From assembly GCA_050693935.1 (NCBI GenBank), contig JBOGWU010000277.1, positions 1,289 through 65,288 on the forward strand: a DNA stretch of 64,000 nucleotides. The letters run 5' to 3'. The notes below the pieces were generated by a model. It was not told the DNA's origin, did no database searches, and worked only from the letters and a program-made list of their open reading frames with translations. Below, in pieces: positions 35,939 to 45,360 of this stretch (its first letter is position 1; each line of letters starts with the position of its first letter). Both the position numbers and the translations under genes were made by a program. The DNA is from Actinomycetota bacterium. Lineage in GTDB: Bacteria > Actinomycetota > CADDZG01 > WHSQ01.

Positions 35939-36696
35939 CCCGCTACCTGCTGGTCGTCGGCGCCCAGCGGTGTGGAACGACCTATCTCTACCAGGTGCTC
36001 GATGAGCACCCGGAGATCGCGATGGCGAAGCCGGCCCGTCCCGAGCCGAAGTTCTTCTTCGACGCCGAGAAATACCGGAGGGGCCTGACGTGGTACGAGG
36101 CCAACTACTTCGCCGGAGCCGAGGGCGTTCCTGTGCACGGGGAGAAGAGCACGACTTACATTGAATCCCCGGTAGCGGCGGAGCGCGCCGCCGCAATGAT
36201 CCCCAACGCCGATGTTCTCGTCATGTTGCGCGATCCGATCGACCGAGCGATATCCAATTGGCGGTTCAGCTCCGCGTCGGGACTCGAGGATCGCCCGCTC
36301 GGCCAAGCACTGGCCGAGAATCTCCAAGGTCCCAGGTCGTGGGACCCAACGAGCATCTCGGTGTCACCGTTCGCATACCTCGAACGCGGGCGCTACGCCG
36401 CATACCTCGAGTCGTGGCGCCAAAGCTTCGGGCAGCGGATGCACGTCCTCTTCCTCGAGGAGTTTGCAGGCAACCCGGAGGCGCTCGCGTGCTTGTACCG
36501 GTCGGTCGGCGTCGCCTCGGCTTTTCTGCCGCCAAGCCTGAACGCTCGGATCAATGTCGGCGAGGCGCCCACGACGACCATCGAGCCGTCACTCGCCCGA
36601 AGCCTGCGGCTCTACTTCGAGGAGAGCGACGAGCTGCTGCGCGCCGAGCTGGGAGGAAAGCTTCCATGGGATCGCTTGGCTGAGGGGCAACCGTAG
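35935..36696 (+). CDS. Sulfotransferase (PAPS-dependent family)
   Basis: This is ORF 35794..36696 trimmed to the ATG at 35935, which overlaps the GT2 stop (ATGA). The 5'-PSB-like motif is VVGAQRCGTTYLY and the 3'-PB-like motif is VMLRDPIDRAISNWRFS. Confidence 0.75.
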   Translation: MTRYLLVVGAQRCGTTYLYQVLDEHPEIAMAKPARPEPKFFFDAEKYRRGLTWYEANYFAGAEGVPVHGEKSTTYIESPVAAERAAAMIPNADVLVMLRDPIDRAISNWRFSSASGLEDRPLGQALAENLQGPRSWDPTSISVSPFAYLERGRYAAYLESWRQSFGQRMHVLFLEEFAGNPEALACLYRSVGVASAFLPPSLNARINVGEAPTTTIEPSLARSLRLYFEESDELLRAELGGKLPWDRLAEGQP

Positions 36697-36734
36697 GACG
36701 ACATCGGGCCCCTTAGCCGAGTCCGGACCGACGA

Positions 36735-37532
36735 TCAACGCTTTACACAGACGTACTCGAACGCGTCGGGTGCCACCACAGGAATGATCAGGCGGTTGAG
36801 GAAGTGCACCCGCTTGAACAGACGGTCGCGCACGCCGTGGCTCGTATGCGAGAGAAGCACGAACAAGAGCCGTTCGAGGCTGGCGTGCGGCCGGTCTCGG
36901 CGACGGGCTACGAGGTTGAAGCCGGACTCATCGATGAGTCGGCGCAACGTGCGGTCGTTGTGGATCTGGCTCGTGTTGGGGACAAGGATGTACCAGTGGG
37001 ACCCGAACAGACGACCCCATAGGGAGCGGCTGTCGTAGGTATTGAAGGCCCAGACTCCACCTGGCTTCAGAGCAGCATGGAACTTCGCCATCACGGATCG
37101 AGGGTCGCGCAGAATCGTCATGACTCCCCACGACGCGATCACGTCATAGGCTGCCTCGTCCAGCTCGAGGGTCTCGATCGAGCCGGCCCTCACCGGCACT
37201 CCCCAGCGATCTGACGCGTACTCGGCCATCGGTTTCGAGAGCTCGACACCCTCGGTATCGAAGCCGGCGCTCTTGGCTTCGGCGAGGAAGAACCCGGCCG
37301 CGGAGGCCACCTCGATGAGCTTGCGGCCGGAGACATGCTTCTGGATGCGGCGGAGCCTGCCGCGCGCGGTCCGGCGCAGGTACCGCTCGCCGCTGAGGAA
37401 CGAGTAGTAGTTCAGGTTGTCCTGGCCGCCCTCGAAGAACTCCTCGGATCCGTAGAGCTTCTGCAGCGAGTCGACCGTCAATCGAGGGTTCGCGTAGAGC
37501 GTGGCGCATCGAGCGCAAACGCCGAAGTGCAA
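36735..37532 (-). CDS. Class I SAM-dependent methyltransferase (true 5' end probably further upstream)
   Basis: 265-aa ORF from a TTG, with KLIEVASAAGFFLAEA...YDVIASWGVMTILRDP...LKPGGVWAF. The frame is open to 37688, and the upstream in-frame sequence encodes EPAACPVCGKREISRRFPKTFRGIELHFGVCARCATLY, a CxxC...CxxC zinc ribbon that the TTG start would cut in half. Confidence 0.65.
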   Translation of the reverse strand: MHFGVCARCATLYANPRLTVDSLQKLYGSEEFFEGGQDNLNYYSFLSGERYLRRTARGRLRRIQKHVSGRKLIEVASAAGFFLAEAKSAGFDTEGVELSKPMAEYASDRWGVPVRAGSIETLELDEAAYDVIASWGVMTILRDPRSVMAKFHAALKPGGVWAFNTYDSRSLWGRLFGSHWYILVPNTSQIHNDRTLRRLIDESGFNLVARRRDRPHASLERLLFVLLSHTSHGVRDRLFKRVHFLNRLIIPVVAPDAFEYVCVKR

Positions 37533-37923
37533 CTCGATTCCCCGAAAGGTCTTGGGAAACCTCCGAGAGATCTCCCGTTTACCGCAAACAGGGCAGGCGG
37601 CGGGCTCGAACTCGAGGGCTCCGAGTGGCTCGAACCGTGGTGTGCTCCGATCGGGCTCTTCGATGGGTGTCCTCCCGCCGCCTGGACGTCATTGCCTGGG
37701 AAAACGGTACCGGATGGTCACCGTTCCTGTAGGAGATCTCAAGTCGGTCGAGCGCATGCTTCTGGTACTGTCCGACCCGCAGAAGGGACCCTCATCGCGC
37801 GGGTACTAGGTCGAGAACACGGATGTTGGACAACGGGGCGGGGAAAGGAAGTCGTCTTCTGAACGGACGCGAGGTGTCACGGAGCCGGACTTTGCCGGAT
37901 GGTTTGGGACCTCACCGAGCTCC

Positions 37924-39486
37924 ATGATCCGCGACCAACAGGAGGCGGACACCGAGGAGCGGCGATGGTGGCGGAGCATCGATCCTCTAGTCGGCGTGGT
38001 AGGGGTCACTGCCCTGATCGTGTACATCTTGCACGGCTTCGATGGCAGTCTCCAACGGGACGTCGCGATCTACAGCTACGGAGCGCAGCAGGTCGTTGAA
38101 GGGGTCCCTCCCTACGTAAGTCTCCTCAACAGGGCGGGACCGCTTGCGCATTTCGTCCCTGCGGTAGGCGTAGCAGCCGCGCGCGCGTTCGGATTCAATG
38201 ATGTCTTCGGCATGAGGGTGCTGTTCATGCTCCTCTCGGTCGCGAGCGTATGCGTGATGTATGTGCTCGCACGCAAGCTGTTCGGCTCCCGTCTCGCTGG
38301 GCTGGCTGGGGCCGCTGCACTGTTGAGCTTCCACGGCTTCATCCGATACGCGACCTACGGGCCCCGCGAGAAAACCATCATGGTGCTTCTGCTCCTCTGC
38401 ACCCTGCTGGCGGTTGCGAATCACAGGTGGTTCGCAACCGGGCTCTGCGTGAGCCTCGCAACGCTTGTCTGGCAGCCGGTGTTTGTGGTCGGACTAGCTG
38501 CGGCGCTTAGCGCAGCTCTCTCTCTTCGGCGCTCTGAGCGGATCAGCGCCCTCGTCCGAATCGCGCTGGGGGGCATGGTTCCCGCGGCGCTGTGCGTCAT
38601 CTACTTCGTTCTAATCGGCGCCTTCAGGGAGTTCATCGACGCATTCCTGCTCATCAACGCCAGGTACACCATTCCTGCGCCGTTCATGGGGGACCCGGCG
38701 CATAGGTGGATGAAGCTGCAAGGCGGCTACGGCGTTTCCCTGTGGGTGATCGTGGTTGGTCTGGTGGCTCTGGTGATCCTTACGCTCGTGGCGATCCGTC
38801 GCGAGGGCTGGAGGGCTCCCGCTCGCTTGCCGGTCGCAGCTGTGGGCGCCGCGTGCTTGGTTGCCGTTGCTTGGACTCTGCGCGACTTCAACAGTTGGCC
38901 CGACGCGTTCCCGCTCCTCCCAGCCGCCGCGGCGGGGATCGGCGGGATCGCCAAAGTACTCATCGATCGTCTGGCCGCCAGAGTTGCAGGCTCGCTTGTT
39001 CTCGCTTGGATTGTCGCCTCGGGAGCGATAGCGGTTTCCTTTTCGATTACCCATCAGCAGTACGAGCTGAAGGAACAGCAGGAGTCGGTGGAGGCGATGC
39101 TCGCACAGCTTCCGCCCGACGCGTCGATCCAGTCGATCGGTGCACCGCAAGCGCTGGTCCTCTCGAGGATGAGGAACCCCACTCGTCATCAGATGTTCGA
39201 GCGAGGATTGGAGGATTACGTCGAGGAAACCTGGCCGGGTGGTCTGAGCGGATTCGCTCAATGGATCGGACGAGAGCAGCCGACCATCATCTCCCTCTCG
39301 AGGCCGCTCGATTGGTTGCGCCCGCTGCTGATGGCCGAGTATCGGCGTGCGGGACGTGCTCCCGGCTGGCGATGGTTCGTGCACCGCTCCGTGGCAACTA
39401 ACGTCCGTATGGGACAGGCGGCCGAGACGGACGAGTTGGGTTCGGACGAGGCAGTGGAACGTGTGTGGGGCCGCAACACCAAGTAA
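37924..39486 (+). CDS. Polytopic membrane protein, putative polyprenol-phosphate-sugar-dependent glycosyltransferase (GT-C fold, GT87/DUF2029-like)
   Basis: 520 aa with many TM segments. The first loop, LQRDVAIYSYGAQQVVEGVPPYVS, resembles the D-x3-Y...G-x3-Y loop of PimE-type enzymes. That resemblance is from memory and is not verified. Confidence 0.5.
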   Translation: MIRDQQEADTEERRWWRSIDPLVGVVGVTALIVYILHGFDGSLQRDVAIYSYGAQQVVEGVPPYVSLLNRAGPLAHFVPAVGVAAARAFGFNDVFGMRVLFMLLSVASVCVMYVLARKLFGSRLAGLAGAAALLSFHGFIRYATYGPREKTIMVLLLLCTLLAVANHRWFATGLCVSLATLVWQPVFVVGLAAALSAALSLRRSERISALVRIALGGMVPAALCVIYFVLIGAFREFIDAFLLINARYTIPAPFMGDPAHRWMKLQGGYGVSLWVIVVGLVALVILTLVAIRREGWRAPARLPVAAVGAACLVAVAWTLRDFNSWPDAFPLLPAAAAGIGGIAKVLIDRLAARVAGSLVLAWIVASGAIAVSFSITHQQYELKEQQESVEAMLAQLPPDASIQSIGAPQALVLSRMRNPTRHQMFERGLEDYVEETWPGGLSGFAQWIGREQPTIISLSRPLDWLRPLLMAEYRRAGRAPGWRWFVHRSVATNVRMGQAAETDELGSDEAVERVWGRNTK

Positions 39487-41447
39487 TGTCTGACTCTTCG
39501 GGCCCTCTGGCTGCCGCACTGCAGGGGGTTCCGGTCGCCTTGGTGCTACTGCTGCTCGGTTATCTGATCGCCAGATCCCTCGTTTCCGACCAGCATCGGC
39601 GCACCGTCCTGCCGTGGGCACTCGCGCTGCCGTGCGTGACCGGCTTCGCTCTACTCCTCACTCTCGCCCACATGGCGACGGGCGGACGTGTGCTCGCGAA
39701 TGCCCTCCTCGTTCGCGGCGTGACGGTAGCAGCCATCGTTGCGCTGGCGCTATGGCAGTGGCGCCCAAAGACAGAGCGTCCTCCGGACCGTCCCCACAGG
39801 GTCGCAGTCGTAGCAGCACTCGGTGTCGCCGGCGTCGGCCTGCTCCTGTGGAGCTATGCGGCCACCAGGATGATCCCTCTTCACTTCGCGCCCGATACCC
39901 GAGTGCACATGGGCTACGCGAACCTGTTGATCAACGGGTCGCCCACTCCCACCGCGGCGCTGTCGGGGGACATCCCAAATTTCTATCCGTGGCTCTTTCA
40001 CGCGCTGGTCGCGTTCGTGGCGCGGCTGACTCCCGGCGGGAATGCCTTTCATGCCATGGTTCCGGTCCACTTTCTTTTCGTTGTGGGAGCCGTTCTGGCC
40101 CTGTTCGCTCTCGGTCAACGCTTGACGGGAAAGGTCGTCACCGGCTTGTGGGCCGCACTCTTCGGAGGGTTGGCCGGCGGCATTGGGTTTGTCGTTGCGC
40201 GGGGACCGGCGATAGTCACCTCGCCCCAGGGACCGCACTTGCTGGATTATCTGGGCGATCTCCTGCTGATCAGATCCCACAACTTTGCCCTCTCGAACCT
40301 CATTCCGCCCTTTCCTCGCGATCTGACCTACGCGCTGTTTCTCGCCTTCGTCCTGCTTCTGATGTGCGCGGTGCAAGAACGTTCGACCCCATTTCTGATC
40401 GGAGCGGGCGCGGTTCTGGGGGGGATTGGGCTCGCCGGCGGAGAGGCCCTGTTCGCCGGGTCGTCCGTGGCGTTACTCGTCATACTTGCGACCGGCCGCG
40501 ACAACCTCCTTGTTCGGCTCATCGCCGTGGCGCTGCCCGCGGGAGTCATCTACGCCATCTGGGCGGCCCCCCTCTTTATCAACTACTTTCGCCATGACGG
40601 ATTCTTCGATATGTCCAGCCCTCCGCTCGAAATGCCGCTTTGGGCGATCGCAGCCTCTTGGGGAGTGAGTCTTCCATTCGGTATCTACGGAGCCGTGTGG
40701 ATCCTCCCCAGGATTCGCGGCCACCCGGCGCTGACCGTCGCGGCGGCGGTCCTCGCCGGATCGATGGTCGTTCTCTTCGGGAGCGGTCTCATTCTCACGG
40801 TGCTGGGCGAGGGATTTGCTCCCCTGAGCCGGGCAAGTCGCTATTGGCCGTTGGTTCACGTTGGGGTCGTGCTCTTCGCTGCGATCGGCGCAACCGAGGT
40901 GCTTTCCAGATTTCGCAGGTGGCCTGCGCTGGCTTGGGTAACCGTGGCAGCGGTACTGCTTGTCGCCTTGCCGTCACCGGTGCTTATCCAACTTGCCTAT
41001 CCGCAGCACGTAAATTCGCCCCCTCTGGTTGCGCGGTCTCTCGTGGGCCAGCGCACGGTCCTCGAGGAACTCGACACACCCGAGGGCGTCGAGTGCACAA
41101 TCGTTGCTCCGCAGTCGATCTCCCCGCTCATCTTCGCCTACGACGGCCACAGGATCGTGGCTATCATCCTGGGCCCGAAGCATAAGGACAACCTCGCGCG
41201 CGTGAGGTGGCGGGACATCTATCGAGTAACCGAGGACCTTTCCACTCGTTTCCGGGACAGCAAGACTCTGATGTCAGACAGTATCGGAGTCGGGCCTTGG
41301 CGAGAGCTCATAGCAAAGTACGGCGTCGATGCAATCGTGAAACGTGACGAGGGCCGAGGTGCCGCATCGTTCTCGGGACTGCCCGTCCGATCGGTCGCGA
41401 CGGTGGAGGGCTGGGCCGTAGCGTGGGTTGACGACTGCCAAAGCTAG
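39486..41447 (+). CDS. Large polytopic membrane protein (putative GT-C glycosyltransferase or polymerase)
   Basis: This is ORF 39465..41447 trimmed to the ATG at 39486, which overlaps the upstream TAA (TAATG). It has 653 aa, about 14 or more hydrophobic segments and a soluble C-terminal domain. Confidence 0.45.
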   Translation: MSDSSGPLAAALQGVPVALVLLLLGYLIARSLVSDQHRRTVLPWALALPCVTGFALLLTLAHMATGGRVLANALLVRGVTVAAIVALALWQWRPKTERPPDRPHRVAVVAALGVAGVGLLLWSYAATRMIPLHFAPDTRVHMGYANLLINGSPTPTAALSGDIPNFYPWLFHALVAFVARLTPGGNAFHAMVPVHFLFVVGAVLALFALGQRLTGKVVTGLWAALFGGLAGGIGFVVARGPAIVTSPQGPHLLDYLGDLLLIRSHNFALSNLIPPFPRDLTYALFLAFVLLLMCAVQERSTPFLIGAGAVLGGIGLAGGEALFAGSSVALLVILATGRDNLLVRLIAVALPAGVIYAIWAAPLFINYFRHDGFFDMSSPPLEMPLWAIAASWGVSLPFGIYGAVWILPRIRGHPALTVAAAVLAGSMVVLFGSGLILTVLGEGFAPLSRASRYWPLVHVGVVLFAAIGATEVLSRFRRWPALAWVTVAAVLLVALPSPVLIQLAYPQHVNSPPLVARSLVGQRTVLEELDTPEGVECTIVAPQSISPLIFAYDGHRIVAIILGPKHKDNLARVRWRDIYRVTEDLSTRFRDSKTLMSDSIGVGPWRELIAKYGVDAIVKRDEGRGAASFSGLPVRSVATVEGWAVAWVDDCQS

Positions 41448-41526
41448 TCGCGCGGGTCGCTGGCTGCGACATGAGTCTGGCGATCCCTGGGGGACGAGAT
41501 TCTCCCTAAAGCGGAGTCACACTGCC

Positions 41527-42477
41527 TCAGATACCCCGCGACTCGGAGGCTCCGAGCCCCCGGTACCACTCGGTCGTACGGCCCAGACCGTCCTTGACGT
41601 CGACGGCCACCTGGAAGCCCAGCAGCCGGGTCGCCTTACTGATGTCCACAGAGCTCTTGTAGACCTCACCGGCACGGCGTTCTTCGAAGTGGATATCGAC
41701 ATCGGCCCCCGCCGCGTCGCGGACGATCTCGGCGATCTCGAGAATCGATGTCTGGACGCTGGTACCGAGTTGGAAGACCTCGCCGGCGACACCCTCGCTG
41801 GTCACGGCGCCGAAGATGCCCGCGCACAGGTCTTCGACGTAAATGAAATCGCGCGTCTGGGTGCCGTCACCGTAGATGTGCAGATCCTCACCATCAAGCG
41901 CTCGCGAGATGAAGGCCGGAACCGCGTTCTTTGACTTGTGAGCGGAGAGAGGGCCGTAGACGTTCGAGAACCGAAGCGCGACAGTATCGAGGCCGAAGGA
42001 GCCGGCGTAGGCCTGGCAATAGGCCTCGCCTACCAACTTTCCGGCTCCGTAGGGCGACAGTGGACGAGCCACGATGTTCTCGTGGATCGGCGGAGTCACA
42101 TCGCCGACGGCCGCGCCCGAGGAGGCGAACACGAAGCGGCCGATCCCCCTGCTCCGGCACGCCTCGAGCACCCTGAAGGTGGTCTGGGCGTTTCCCTCGA
42201 AGTCGCGCACCGGGTCCTCGACCGAGGGGGCCACCCCCGTCTCACTGGCGAGATGAACCACAGCATCCACATCCTCGAGCGCCGGTTCCAGGACGGCTGA
42301 ATCACCCACATCGCCCACGATGACCTCGGCCCGACCGTCGACCATTTCCTCCCGCCCGGTCCTGAGGTCGTCCACCACCCTCAGCCTCCACTCGGTGCGG
42401 TCCTTCAGGAACCTAACCAGGTTGGCCCCGATGAAGCCGCACCCCCCGGTAATCAACACGCGTCGCTCGTCACTCAT
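41527..42477 (-). CDS. NAD-dependent nucleotide-sugar epimerase/dehydratase (SDR)
   Basis: 316 aa: RVLITGGCGFIGANLVRFL...FASSGAAVG...PLSPYGAGKLVGEAY (YxxxK). Confidence 0.8.
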   Translation of the reverse strand: MSDERRVLITGGCGFIGANLVRFLKDRTEWRLRVVDDLRTGREEMVDGRAEVIVGDVGDSAVLEPALEDVDAVVHLASETGVAPSVEDPVRDFEGNAQTTFRVLEACRSRGIGRFVFASSGAAVGDVTPPIHENIVARPLSPYGAGKLVGEAYCQAYAGSFGLDTVALRFSNVYGPLSAHKSKNAVPAFISRALDGEDLHIYGDGTQTRDFIYVEDLCAGIFGAVTSEGVAGEVFQLGTSVQTSILEIAEIVRDAAGADVDIHFEERRAGEVYKSSVDISKATRLLGFQVAVDVKDGLGRTTEWYRGLGASESRGI

Positions 42478-42503
42478 ATAGATTCATCTCCTATGCAGGT
42501 CTT

Positions 42504-43580
42504 TTGTTCACCCCGGCCGGTGGCCGCATGATCGTTCTGAGGATTCTCGGCTTCGCCGTCGCTGTGGTCTTGCTGATCCTAGCGGCGCGCGGCTTCGGCC
42601 GGCGCTCCCTGCGACTCCCCGACGCCCTCATCATGGCCGGAGTGGCGGTGGCGCTGGGCTTCGTGTCGCTGACCCCGAGCGCGGTGGACCCGCTGCTGCG
42701 CGAACTGGGTTTCCCTCCAGGGGATGCTCGCCGGGTCATCGGTGTGCTGGTGCTGTCCAACATCCTTGTGTTCGTGCTGCTGCTTCGTTCGTTCGCAAAC
42801 ACCGACAAGCTCGAGCGCCGCTTCGGGGACTTCGCCGACCGCATCGCCGCCCGTAGGTTCGCCGAGGAGTTCGGTCCCGATAAAAACCCCGCCGGCACCC
42901 AGAAGCTCGCGGTGGTGATTCCCGCTCTCAACGAGGAGGGCAGCCTTCCCGAGGTACTCGCTACGGTCCCCAAGAAGGTTCACGGACTCGGCGTCGAATG
43001 CATTGTCGTGTCCGATGGCTCGACCGACGCCACCGAAGAGGCAGCCCGGCTGCACGGCGCCCTGGTCGTGCGCAGGGACCTTCGCAGGGGTCAGGGCGCG
43101 GCGGTCGCCCTGGGATACCGGATCGGATTGCTGCGCGGCGCGGCGGTCGTCGCCACGCTCGACGCCGACGGCCAGTACGACCCCCTCGAGCTGCCGCAGC
43201 TCGTGAAGCCCATCCTCGACGGCGAGGCCGATGTGGTCCACGGGTCCCGCATCCTCGGCCGCTACGAGAGTCCGATCAAGGGTCGCCAGCAGGGCGTCAG
43301 GCTGTTCGCCTGGCTCACCTCGAGGCTGGCGCGCAGCCCGATCACCGATCCCGCCAGCGGCTTCCGCGCGTTCTCGCCCGACGCCCTCAAGGTGCTCGAG
43401 TTCCGTGAGAACCAGTTCCATGCCAGCGAGGTCACCATCGCGGCCAGCAAGCGGGACCTGCGTGTGAGAGAGGTCCCCTGCACCTTCCGCGAGCGCGCCG
43501 CCGGCACCACCAAGAAACCGCCGTTCCTCAAGTACGGCTACGGCTACACGCGCTCACTCCTTCGCACCTGGCTCGGCTGA
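42504..43580 (+). CDS. GT2 glycosyltransferase with an N-terminal membrane domain (DUF2304-like plus a DPG-synthase-like catalytic domain)
   Basis: The N-terminus has 3-4 TM segments (ILGFAVAVVLLILAA..., VIGVLVLSNILVFVLLL). It is followed by LAVVIPALNEEGSLPEVL...VVSDGSTDAT...TLDADGQYDP...DPASGFRAFS. The start is the TTG at 42504 or the ATG at 42528. Confidence 0.75.
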   Translation: MFTPAGGRMIVLRILGFAVAVVLLILAARGFGRRSLRLPDALIMAGVAVALGFVSLTPSAVDPLLRELGFPPGDARRVIGVLVLSNILVFVLLLRSFANTDKLERRFGDFADRIAARRFAEEFGPDKNPAGTQKLAVVIPALNEEGSLPEVLATVPKKVHGLGVECIVVSDGSTDATEEAARLHGALVVRRDLRRGQGAAVALGYRIGLLRGAAVVATLDADGQYDPLELPQLVKPILDGEADVVHGSRILGRYESPIKGRQQGVRLFAWLTSRLARSPITDPASGFRAFSPDALKVLEFRENQFHASEVTIAASKRDLRVREVPCTFRERAAGTTKKPPFLKYGYGYTRSLLRTWLG

Positions 43581-44945
43581 TGCTCCTCGGCGTCGCCTGA
43601 AGCGATCGAACAACGCGGACGCCCCCAGCGCGCCCGCCACTCCGGACAGCGGAACCGCCGGAATCACGTAGCGGAAGTGGTAGACGGCCACCATCGTGGG
43701 GATCAGGAGCAGCGCCAGCGCGGTGAGGGAGAAGAGCCAGCATTCCGGCGCCGGGCTGCGAGCCGATCCCGAGGAGGTTCCCAGCACGCCGCCCGCAAGG
43801 CCGACGACCAACAACAGGGCCAGCAGAGGACCGTATGCGTAGGCCGCGTTCTGGTAGCGGCGGAGGAAGCTCGCGAGGCCCCGGTCGATGGTGAACTCTT
43901 CATCGATGCCGGAGCCGGGCGGGGGCCCTCCCTCGGCTCTGATCACCGGCGGGCGCGGATCGGCCTCCCGCAGGGTCCTCACGAAGCGCCATCGTTTGAC
44001 GTTGGGCTCACGCGACTCCGGCGGGCTGGGTTCGAAATACCGCAGGAAGTCGACTCCCACCGCCCCCAGGTAGGCCCCCGGCATGCCGGTGATCATCAGC
44101 CTCGAATAGCGAATCAGCCTGGCGTTTCCCTGCGGACTGCCAAGCACCCTCTGGATCTCGAGGTCCGAGGTGAACACCCCCTTGGTGCCGGTGGTCGACG
44201 GCTCGACCTCGCAGAACTCGCGCAGATCTTCCGGCACTTCGACCTTGTCGCAGTCGGCGAACTCGACAACCCGTCCGAATAGAAAGAGTCCGTTGCGATC
44301 GGTGAGACCCGCCGATCCCGTCTCCGATCGGAACCACATTCCGTAGACGGCCAGAGGTACAACAAAGCCCACGACCAGCGCCACCACCCGCGTCCAGCCG
44401 GCTTTTCGGAGCAGCAGGTAGAGCAGAACCGGAGCGACGACTACTCCGCCGATGAAACGCAGCAGTGCGCTGAGCCCGACGACCAAACCGCTCGCGCCCG
44501 CCCCAAACCAGGACGGCCGCTCAGGCCAGGCCACAAGAAGCAGCGCTCCGACGACGAAGAGATTGAAGAACGCTTCCGTTAGAAGGTAGTGCTCGAGGTT
44601 CAAGATGAAGCCGTCGAGCAACGCCGGCACGGTCCCAAGCGCCGCGACCACGGCGGGTAACCCGAGCCTGCGCATGAAGGCGTAGAGCAGGATCGCCACC
44701 GCGATTCCGGCGAGGTGTTGGACCAGCGCGACCGGCACCAGGCTGCCTGTAGCCACCAGCGGCTTGATGAGCAGCGGGTACAGCACCGGCCGCAGGCCGG
44801 AGGCACCCATCTCGATGGCCTGGTTCAGGTAGGCGTGGGTGTCCATCTGGAGCAACAACAAGGGCTGGTACGCCAGCATCACGATCACCCGCAACGCCAC
44901 TCCGGCCGAAAGGACCACGGCGAAGGGCCAGTGTCCGGCCGGCAA
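43554..44945 (-). CDS. Polytopic membrane protein, putative lipid-carrier-dependent glycosyltransferase (GT-C, ArnT/PMT-like)
   Basis: 463 aa with a first-loop acidic/aromatic motif LLLQMDTHAYLNQAIEMG, about 9 TM segments and a soluble region from 250 to 380. Confidence 0.5.
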   Translation of the reverse strand: MPAGHWPFAVVLSAGVALRVIVMLAYQPLLLLQMDTHAYLNQAIEMGASGLRPVLYPLLIKPLVATGSLVPVALVQHLAGIAVAILLYAFMRRLGLPAVVAALGTVPALLDGFILNLEHYLLTEAFFNLFVVGALLLVAWPERPSWFGAGASGLVVGLSALLRFIGGVVVAPVLLYLLLRKAGWTRVVALVVGFVVPLAVYGMWFRSETGSAGLTDRNGLFLFGRVVEFADCDKVEVPEDLREFCEVEPSTTGTKGVFTSDLEIQRVLGSPQGNARLIRYSRLMITGMPGAYLGAVGVDFLRYFEPSPPESREPNVKRWRFVRTLREADPRPPVIRAEGGPPPGSGIDEEFTIDRGLASFLRRYQNAAYAYGPLLALLLVVGLAGGVLGTSSGSARSPAPECWLFSLTALALLLIPTMVAVYHFRYVIPAVPLSGVAGALGASALFDRFRRRRGASAEPGAKE

Positions 44946-44955
44946 CTTGACGGAC

Positions 44956-45333
44956 CTAGTTATTCGGGGTCTCGGGCGGTGATTCGCGCAGGCGGCGTTC
45001 TAGATCGGCGATGGCCTGGTCGAGGTCCGCCCCCGGGGCCTTTCCCCGGCGCTGGTCGAAGTCACGCATCCGCTTTGGATAACCGATCACCTGTGCGTCG
45101 TACACGGGGATACCGCGCCGCTCGCAGAACTTGCGGCCGTGATCGCGGTCGCGGACCGGAGCGCGAGTGTGGTCGCCATCGCGATCGACCAGCAGCAGCG
45201 AGGTGGGACTGGTGGGAGTTCGCGGTTCCAGGTACCCCTCCACGCCGCGATGCCCCGCCACCCACTCTTCGAGGTGACGGAGATCGGGGCCCTTCTTGCT
45301 GAAGAAGTTCCGAAAGCTGTCGCCGATTCCCAA
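44956..45333 (-). CDS. Hypothetical protein
   Basis: 125-aa ORF between etfA and the GT-C gene on the same strand, with coding-like composition. Confidence 0.45.
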   Translation of the reverse strand: MGIGDSFRNFFSKKGPDLRHLEEWVAGHRGVEGYLEPRTPTSPTSLLLVDRDGDHTRAPVRDRDHGRKFCERRGIPVYDAQVIGYPKRMRDFDQRRGKAPGADLDQAIADLERRLRESPPETPNN

Positions 45334-45360
45334 GTCCTAGCCGACTCCTTGGTGGACCAC

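Noticed and set aside
35216-36196. The 326-aa minus-strand ORF. The same applies to 38611..39621, 46058..47074, 53664..54986, 56156..56959, 57640..58440, 60918..61742 and 61929..62774.
   Set aside because: All are antisense or out of frame to genes with recognisable family motifs, and all have shadow-ORF composition.
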